NCBI RefSeq assembly: GCF_902713615.1
Contig: NC_052172.1
Span: 124,001-188,000 of the forward strand
Source of the DNA: Scyliorhinus canicula
Lineage: Eukaryota
Direction: 5' to 3'
DNA length: 64,000 nucleotides
The position numbers were made by a program, and so were the translations under genes. This document shows positions 49,413 to 64,000 of the stretch, piece by piece; within the stretch, counting starts at the first letter, position 1, and each line of letters starts with the position of its first letter. Below the pieces are notes generated by a model. The model was not told where the DNA came from and ran no database searches. It saw nothing but the letters and a program-made list of their open reading frames with translations.

Positions 49413-52399
49413 GATTCCACGACAAAAAATGGCAGATAGAGAAAATAGTTGAAACTGACCGACATGAACAGATACAGAATATATTCCACACACACATCCA
49501 AAACCACAGACTTTCAGATGTAGAATTAAGCCCATTAAACACAGTTCCAGTGAATGGCAGTGAAATAATTAAACTGTAATAGATGAGAGACACAGATTGA
49601 GTACCACACTCTCAAACTGCCAGGGATTGAAGATCACTGAATGTATCCAACAGTCACACACAATACCTCTGGCTGACAGAGAATAGAAACACACTCACAG
49701 AGCAGTGCAGAGACTGGGCGGTACAGTTGATAACAACACTCACACACACCAAACAGAGATTGACAAACCACAATTGATCTCTCACACATTCAGTTCAGAG
49801 ACTGACTGATGCAGAGTGAATCCTAAACTCAGACATATCATCAGATTGTCAGATAGAGAATCAATTCCATAATCACAAAATTTAAAAAATTTTTAGCGGC
49901 AGACAGATACATGAAAAATTTCACTCAAAACTTATGAACTAGAATTTGCAACATGAATTCAATGGTTATCTTCCTATCAGAGACAGTCTCATAAAGAATT
50001 ATGTCCACTGCCAAATTCCAGCAAATGTCAGACACAGACAGGTAATTAGTGGATGATGGACTAGTACAAACGGGGATAGGGTGGAAGTGAGGGCTTAAAG
50101 TGGGTCGGTGCTGACTTGATGGGCCGAAGGGCCTCCTTCTGCACTGTATGTTCTATGTTTTAAAAGTCACACACTGAAGCAGAGAATGATGAATACTGAA
50201 CAAATCCCTGAACTTTCAGAGATGGACAGTTACAGGTTTACATACAGACTCACATACTGACCCAGTGGTGACAAATACCAAGTAACCACATTTCACATCC
50301 AGACCAGTTACCACTTGGTATATTTGTTGCTTAAACGTGAGCATTATCAAAAACACCAGCAATTTTCTACCTTCCTAATTGCTGTGTTTAAGGTGGCTGT
50401 GGATTGCGTTCTTTCAGCTTATTGCCTGTCTGCCAAAGCTACACCCAGAGTGCAAGGGATCAAGAACCCGCCAACCTATAATACATATGCACACAAACTT
50501 CAAACCCACAGCTTCTTCCCAATATCAGTTTGCTTCATTGTAAAAGTGAATTTCACAGGTCAGGCACAGACAGGGTAAAAAAAAAAACATTCACATATCA
50601 TATGTAGATACTGAGCGAACACAACATCCACATTTAATGCCTGGAAGATTCAGAGTAAAATCCACATCTAATTAGCAGAATAAAGAACAGGTATGAATTA
50701 AATCTCCATTGTGTTGCAGTAACTGATACATACAGCATAGGACCAATGTTCTCACATTGGGAACAGAGAAGTGGAGAGTAAATCACACTGTTGCATAAAG
50801 GAAAATGACAGATACAGACTGAACCCACATTCACTTCCCGAATTTAAAAGGTACAGGAGAAAAACAACATTTCATCCATAGCAGGACTAACTAAGAGAAA
50901 AAAGCCAATTCCACAGCTATAACTGAAAGGTACAGAAGAAAATGAAAAGATGCCTTTTCATCCATGGCAGAGCTAACTTGTAGAGAGAAAATAGACAATG
51001 AGACAGCTGTAACTGAAAGGTACAGAAGATAATACTGATTCAGAAGCTGGAAACTGTCAGCTAAATATTAAATAAGCAAAACAAATTCATATGAGACTGT
51101 AATGGGTTTGCAGTGATCCCATTCACTGTCGGAAAATTACAAAGTGTCAGGTGTTTCCATCCACATTGGAAATTACAGGGAAAGCCAAATTCACACAAAT
51201 TGACAAATTCAAAGTGAAGCCAACATTTATTGCAGTCACAATATGACAGAAATAGAATAAGATACGGTCACCAAAAAGAAGGCACACAAAATAAACTTCA
51301 CAGGAGGCTAATTGAAATTAAATGCTATCTTATAATGCTAGTTTAATATCTCCAATCACATGTTAGGAAGTGAATTGCACAATAAAGTGCAGATTCTCCT
51401 AACGGAGGTCAACGTGTACAGAGTAGGCCCTGAGATGACATAACATGTTGAGAAAGAGAGGCGTGGATCACAGCCCACAGTCGCTTATCAGAAACTTGCT
51501 TTAACAATAAAAATATGACAATTGGATTTGAGAAACTGACAGGTGGAAAGCAGTTTCATATTCCCGTGACAATAGGATACACACTCACTCAATTACCTCA
51601 AATCAGAAATGGAAACTAGCTCTGAATGAACCAGAAACTTACAAAGATGGAATAGTTTACTCTTATTTATCAGAAACTGAAATGTTCAGATAAAACAATA
51701 TCAGAAACTTTGATACAAGAGATTGAGGTGAATGTATGAAAGCAGACAGCCACACTGGAATATTTTGACAGATGCACAGTACAATCCAATGTTCCAAATC
51801 ACTGAAATGTACAGAGTGAAAACAACTTTCACATGGCAGCAATGTACATATTCTGTTCATAGCTACTGAGAGGAACCAGGTATTGACAACTAAATGAGTA
51901 TACGTTTGATCATATTCAATGCATCAGGAAATGACAGATGGAGAGAAATGTGCATAAACCCAAATCAGAGTCTTAAATGCATGCACTTGTACATTGTAAT
52001 GTCATTCATATATATCGTTACTGACAGCTACAGTGTAATATAGATAATATACAATAAAATTCATATACAGTATATCAGGAAACGGCTGATGAACAGAACG
52101 ATACGAATATCAATTCCAGAGGTAAACAGATAGAGATTAAAATCTACACTTTGGAGAAACAGTAGGTATCAGGACAAACACACAATCCATGTTTCAGACA
52201 CTCAAGGAAACAGAATACAACAGACATTGTCATACAAAAGACTGGTCGGGATAATGAAAAGGTTCGGCCTATTCTCTTCGGAGTTCGAAAAATGAAAATC
52301 AACTTAGAGGGGACATTACCGAGTGGATCCTGGGAAGAAATTTCCTCTCCTTGGAAGCTTAGAACGTGGGGGACACAGGATAAAAACAAAGTGGAGGCC

Positions 52400-53700
52400 G
52401 GGCAGAGTGGATATGGAGAAAATGCACCAGGCGTGACATAATTAAGAAGGCATCGGGAATATTTGTATTCATAAGCGAGGTATAGAATTTAAAAGCAATG
52501 AGTTTATGATGATGCTGCAGGAAAAGTTAGACCACAGCTAGACCACAATCTAAAGATTTTAAATGTCTATCCAATCTCCTTTGAGCCAGGTGTTCTCTAA
52601 GGAAAAAAGTCTGGACTTCTCTAATCCACCTTCATTACTGACCTTCACAGAATCGCAGAATTGTTATGTGGCAAAATGAGGCCATTTGGCCCATTGTGTC
52701 TGCACCGGCTCTCTGAATGAGCAACTTAACTGGTGCCCCCTACACCACCATAACCCTGCACATTCTTCCTTTTCCGATAAGTCTGTTTTCCTTTTGACTG
52801 CTTCAATGTAACCTGCTCCAAGGCACTCTTACAGTGCACTGTAAACACGAACCACTCACTGAAATGTTCTCCTCAACTCACTTGTGCTTCTTTTACCAAT
52901 TACTTTGATCTTTCCACAGATGGAATACTGTGTGCCATGCTATAGCAAGGAAGTGTTTGTGTGAGAGAGGGTGCAGTGGAGATTCACCAGGACATTGCCT
53001 GGACTAGGGTATCTCTGCTATCCGGACAGTCTGGATAGGCTGTTTTCTATGAAGCAGCGAATGTTGAGGGGGGAGCTGATTGAGATGTAAAAAATGAGGG
53101 GCAGAGATAGGTTGGATAGGAAGGAATGTTTTCCTTAGCGAAAGGATCGAATACAGGGGGAATTGATTTAAGACTTAAGGTAAGGGACAGGAGTTTTAGA
53201 GGGGCTGTGAGGAAACACTTTTTTGAAATGTGGAACTCACTGTCTGAAAGGATGGCAGAGTCAGGAACCCGCACTACACTTAACAATTGTTTAAATGAGT
53301 ACTTGAAATGCCAGAGCATATAAGGTTAGGGGCCAAGAGCTGGAAACTGGGCTAAGAATCGATACTTTCTTGATGGCATGCACAAACAGGATCAGCTGTA
53401 GGGTCTCCTTCCGTGCTGTCAACACTCTGTCACCCTATAATCGGGTAGGTAGGGACACAGAATTGGGAACAGAAACAAAAGCAAAATGAGAGGAATAAAC
53501 TTTTGATGCCGGAGGTGGTTAAAGTCTGGAATACACTGCCTGAGTGTGTGGTGGGGAGTGGTTCAATGGAAGCGTTCAAAGTTGGAATAAATTGTTATCT
53601 GAAAAGGAAGAATGTGGAAGATGACGGGACTGGGGAAGCTGCCCATTTGGAGAGACAGTACAGACAGGATTGGTCGAATGGCCTCCTGCCCTGCCCTGAT
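52400..53700. mobile_element. Cluster of old CR1 3' fragments in both orientations
   Basis: MWNSLSER and VVKVWNTLP remnants. Confidence 0.6.
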
Positions 53701-53764
53701 ATAAAGCTGTGACGAGCAGTAAATATGATTGCCTATCTGAAAGAACCAAACAGAGAAATACAGA

Positions 53765-53850
53765 AGTGACATCATTGCGAATAAGTCAATCAGGAAAATT
53801 GCCTGCACCAATCCCTCATTTGCATAGGGCTGTGGTTGGATTTATAAAAC
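53765..53850 (+). promoter_or_regulatory. H2B promoter: CRE-like TGACATCA, CCAAT (53808), octamer ATTTGCAT (53818-53825), TATAAAA (53843)
   Basis: Canonical vertebrate H2B arrangement seen directly. Confidence 0.85.
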
Positions 53851-54035
53851 TCGAGTTGCTGGGTCAGGCTCAGTTACTGGGTTTGTGAAATTGAACCTGA
53901 CGATGGGAGATGAAAAGAAGGTGCCAGTTCCCAAGAAGGGCGGCAAGAAAGCTCTGAAGAAAATTCCAGTGAAGGGCAGCAAGAAGAGGAGGCGAAGCAG
54001 GAAGGAGAGTTACTCCATCTACATCTACAAAGTGA

Positions 54036-58857
<4,822 letters not shown>

Positions 58858-59174
58858 TAAAACTGTTCTCAATCTCAGCAAAAACTCAACGGTTCTTTTA
58901 AGAGCCACCCACAACTTCTCGGAAGCAGTCAAACTATCATATTTTAAATTATTATTTGTTTATTTCTATTACGAATAGCCAGATATTTTTTCATAGCGTT
59001 TCTCGAGAAAAAACACCCTGGGTAACGCCAAGATATCGTCCTCTCTATCTATGTGTCTTGTTCATTAAGTCCCATCATTTAGTGACTGCTCGGTGACGCT
59101 TTGGTCTCTGACTGATTCATCCTCGGCCGCTGTCGCTAGATTTGGAGAGAGAATAGAACTCCAAAACGTCCCTT

Positions 59175-59520
59175 TCATAGAATGTACAATGCAGAAGGAG
59201 GCCATTCGGCCCATCGAGTCTGCACTGGCTCTTGGAAAGAGCACCATTTCAAGCCCACAACCCCATCCTATCCCCATAACCCAGTAGCCCCACCCAACAT
59301 TAAGGGAAATTTTGGCCACTAAGGGCAATTTAGCATAGCCAGTCCACCTAACCTTCACATCTTTGGACTGTGGGAGGAAACCGGAGCACCCGGAGGAAAC
59401 CCACGCACACACTGGCAGAACGTGCAGACTCTGCACAGACAGTGACCCAAGACGGGAATCGAACCTGGGACCTTTGAGCTGTGAAGCAATTGTGCTAACC
59501 AAAATGCTACCGTGCTGCCC
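59175..59520 (-). mobile_element. HE1-type V-SINE
   Basis: Full-length reverse complement; absent from the paralogous spacer at 60600-60760. Confidence 0.9.
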
Positions 59521-60106
59521 TATTTATGTTCAGGTTTACCCTCAATGATCTTTCAGTTAATTGAGAACACCCCGGTTGTCTGGAAAAACTCCATTTCAAT
59601 ACTGGCATGAGCACCAAACTGCTCACTCCACTTTTATCACTGAGGAAGCGGCAGCAGTCTACAATGTGAATAAATGTTATTATGTTTGCAGTTGGCTGTA
59701 ATTTAGACATTCTGCCGGCAACTGAGAGCGTTTTAACCAGCAGCCAGATTTAAGGCGATGGGACTCCAGATTGTAAAAATCTGTGGAGACAGTTTCGGAT
59801 CTAAATCCACCTTCTACAGATCCGAAATGTTTCTCTCCACAGATGCTCCCAGACACGCTGAGTTTATCCAGCATTTTCTCTTCAATTCACGTTTACAGCA
59901 TCCGCATTATTTTGCTTTAATTTATTTTGGGTTTGTTGTCAGTTACAGAGAGAAACCGAAATCCGAAACTGACAGATAAAGGGAAACTGTAGACTAGGGA
60001 AAGAGAGAGAATCCAACAATCCTATACTCAAAACTCAATGATTTATTTTTTACGGTCCCGATTCAATTTTATCTGTTTTATATTTTCGCGCCCATTTAAG
60101 CTTTGA

Positions 60107-60373
<267 letters not shown>

Positions 60374-61392
60374 AACTGCACAATGGACTGAAAACCACCC
60401 CAAACACAACGGCTCTTTTAAGAGCCACCCACAACTTCTGTGAAGCAGCCAAACCATCATATTTTAAATTATGGGTTCATTTCTATGATGATTAACCAGA
60501 TCCGTTTTAATTGTGTTTCACTACAACAACATCCTGTATAATGCCGAGTTATCGTCATGTCGATCTTCGTACGTTGTTTATAAAATCCCATCATTTAGTG
60601 ATGCTCGGTCGCCGCTTCATACTCGGCTCTGTCGCTGGATTTGGAGAGAGAATCGAACTCCAATACCTCCCGTAGCATTTGTGTTCAGCCTTACAAATTA
60701 CTCCCTTTCCATTTATGTTCATGTTCACACCCATGATCGATGGTGTGGGTAAACTCCATTTCAATACTGACACTAGCTCCAAACTGCTCACTCCACTTTT
60801 AACACTGAGGAAGCGGCAGCAGTCTACAATATGAATAAATGTTACTATGTTTGCAGATGGCTGTGAATTAGACACTGTCGGCGGCTGAGAACGTTTTAAA
60901 CAACAGCCAGATTAAACCTGTCGAGTCAGTTCCCCTTCTACAGATCCGAAACGTTTCTCTCCACAGATGATACCAGACACGCTGAGTTGATCCAGCATTT
61001 TCTCTTTAATTCACATTTGCAGCCTCAGCATTATTTTGGTTTAATTTATTTTGGGTTTGTTGTCAGTTACAGAGACAAAATCAGAAACTAACAGATAATG
61101 GGAAACTAGACGCGGGAAAGAGAGAGAATCCAACAATCTCATACTCAAATGATTTAGTCACATTTTTTATTCAATTTTATTTGGGCGCCCATTTAAGATT
61201 TGAAATAAATATTCGGTTGGAATCTGAACACTTGGCGCCCAAACTTTCCGCCCTCAGCACCGTGGGTTCTCCTGATTGGTGCTTCAAACAGATATCTGAT
61301 TGGTCACTTTGTTGCCGGCTCCACAATGTTGTTCAGATAACCAATCAGCAATGTGTGCACCGCCATTCCTCCTGAAGCTATAAGAGAAGTGA

Positions 61393-61830
<438 letters not shown>

Positions 61831-62341
61831 AGCGACCATTCTCTCATCTAATAACCCAAAGGCTCTTTTCAGAGCCACTCACTTTATCTGAAAAAGGGCG
61901 ACCTGTTCTGGGTCCGCTTATTGCAGTGTTTGTGAGAATTTCCCTGAGGCTTCAGGCTGGAATGAGCTTTCCCCGGTGTTGTTGGTATTTACCGGAGGGC
62001 GGCAGTTTCTAGCGGGCTGGCTTTCTGAAACTGTCCATTTATGTGCAATGGGGTGTGCGGGGTTTCATAATTCTTTCCCGCTCTCACTCTGTGCAGTTAC
62101 AGGGCTGAATGCGGAGAAAGGTTTTGTGTTTAACTCTGCAGCACGTTCATATCGCCGTGAAAAGAGAAATCAATGACAGGAAACATTTCCTATTATAATG
62201 CGAAATTTTGCCTCTACAATCGCGCGAAACCATCTCGATGCGTTATTCTGCTGCCATTCTTAGGTCAGTGCTCTCAATGTGAGGGTTTGGGCGGCTCTTA
62301 AAAGAGCCTTTGGGTTTTGTTACATTGCTAAATGGAGTTTC

Positions 62342-62662
<321 letters not shown>

Positions 62663-63422
62663 TCAGTCAAATCGCTGCTGAATGAGAGACGAGCTGCTGC
62701 ACTTTCCTTTATTATACAGCCCGCCCCGACCTGACTGAGAAAGAGAGAGAGGCGGGGAGCAGACTGAGTGACAGACAGAGCAGTGAAATGTCTTTGACCA
62801 TCCAGCTCCGCCTCCTGCCTGGTCCAACCCACATTTTATATTCCAAACAGAAGTTAACAGAGCGCGCTGAACACGTACAAACTGCAACATCATATAGCAG
62901 CTAGTTAGTAACGCGGATCTATTAAATCCAGGCATGTCAGTAATATTCCGGCCTCAGTCCACTCCTTTCTAGAACCAGCCGACCTATCTGCTCCCATTTC
63001 AACCCCAGCTCCGATTCCATCCCCACACAACTCCTCTCCCAGACAGGTTGGGAATTTTACTAACATCCCTTACAGCTGATATAAAGTGTTTGAGTTGTGA
63101 GGCGAGATTTCTCCGCCATGTTAACTATTTTACAAACTCCCCACTGAATCTGTGAATAATGAAACTAACACAAACTGTGACTGTTCACCGGTTAGGAAGA
63201 TGCAGCAACTTCCCTGTGTTTTAGTGCAGAGTGGGGGGAGAAGCCCGGTGCAGAGCATGTCAGCGAGTGAGCGGCAATACTGGATTGACATTTCTATCTG
63301 AAATCTGCTCCCAGCACCGGGACAGGGATTCATTGGTCGGGGGATCAGCTCTTTCCGGAGAGATGTGGGTGGCTCTGAGAAGAGCCTTTGGGTTCAGAGG
63401 TTTACAATTTGCTCGCGTTCTT

Positions 63423-63720
63423 TCACTTCTTTGCTGGTTTCTTAGCCTTTGCTGATTTCGCTTTGGGATTGGCCCTCGATTTGGTCTGCTTTATTCCGCC
63501 CTTGATCTTTTTCACAGGAAAACTTTTCTTCGGGGCTGCTTTCTTCGCCCTCTTTTTGGGAGCTGCCGCCTTCTTGGCTGCTGCTTTCTTGGGAGATTTC
63601 TTGGCTGCGGGTTTCTTGGCAGTTTTCTTGGCTGCGGGTTTCTTGGGAGATTTCTTGGCTGCTGCTTTCTTCACTAAAGGTTTCTTGCCTGCTCCGGTCT
63701 TTATCACTTTCCCCCGGTTG
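63423..63720 (-). pseudogene. H1: H1 C-terminal tail only, fused to Rex1 ORF2; stem-loop 63371-63386
   Basis: GKVIKTGAGKKPLVKK.. matches H1 from 16458; globular domain absent. Confidence 0.9.
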
Positions 63721-64000
63721 TTTAGTCCTTGCCACAACCGCCGAGGGTCTATCTGTGACTCTAGCTTAGTTTGATATTCTCTCTTGGCATCTCGGATGGC
63801 TTTGCGGAGGTCGTACCTGGATTTCTTGTATAGGACAGCGTCGTCTGCCTTGAACGCCTCAGATCTGTCCTTCAGTAGGGAGTCAATCTTGCGGTTGATC
63901 CATGGTTTCCGGTTGGGGAAAGTTCGTACTGCTTTCTTTGGCAGGCAATAGTCCACACATTTGCTGATGAAGTCTGTGACGGTGGTGACATACTCATTTA
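63717..64000 (-). mobile_element. Rex1/Babar-type LINE ORF2 (EN-RT tether region), running off the window
   Basis: NEYVTTVTDFISKCVDYCLPKKAVRTFPNRKPWIN..YKKSRYDLRKAIRDAKREY..RRLWQGLN. Confidence 0.8.

Overview
Eukaryotic vertebrate DNA, almost certainly a shark (HE1-type V-SINEs, HER1/CR1 LINEs, shark-style histone tails). It holds two mutually inverted blocks of replication-dependent histone genes. Block 1 is H1>H4>H3><H2A (16.1-20.4 kb, intact ORFs with 3' stem-loops). Block 2 is H2B>H2B-fragment>H2A><H4<H1-tail (53.9-63.7 kb, partly decayed). No intact H2B is present: one copy is split at codon 44/45 by a near full-length sense-strand CR1 whose 5' UTR carries CCAAT+octamer motifs, and the other is 5'-truncated. 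The second H1 lacks its globular domain and its tail is fused in frame to Rex1/Babar LINE ORF2. The rest is nested transposons: L1, CR1, Tx1, an ERV 3' end, a Gypsy-type LTR, a hAT/Buster remnant and SINEs. There are also three copies of an unexplained promoter plus spliced-exon cassette, flanked by oppositely oriented arrays of one 17-bp motif (foldback-like). That motif has radiated into 17-, 33- and 93-bp and G-run-expanded arrays. All calls were made by eye; boundaries of repeats and transposons are approximate.
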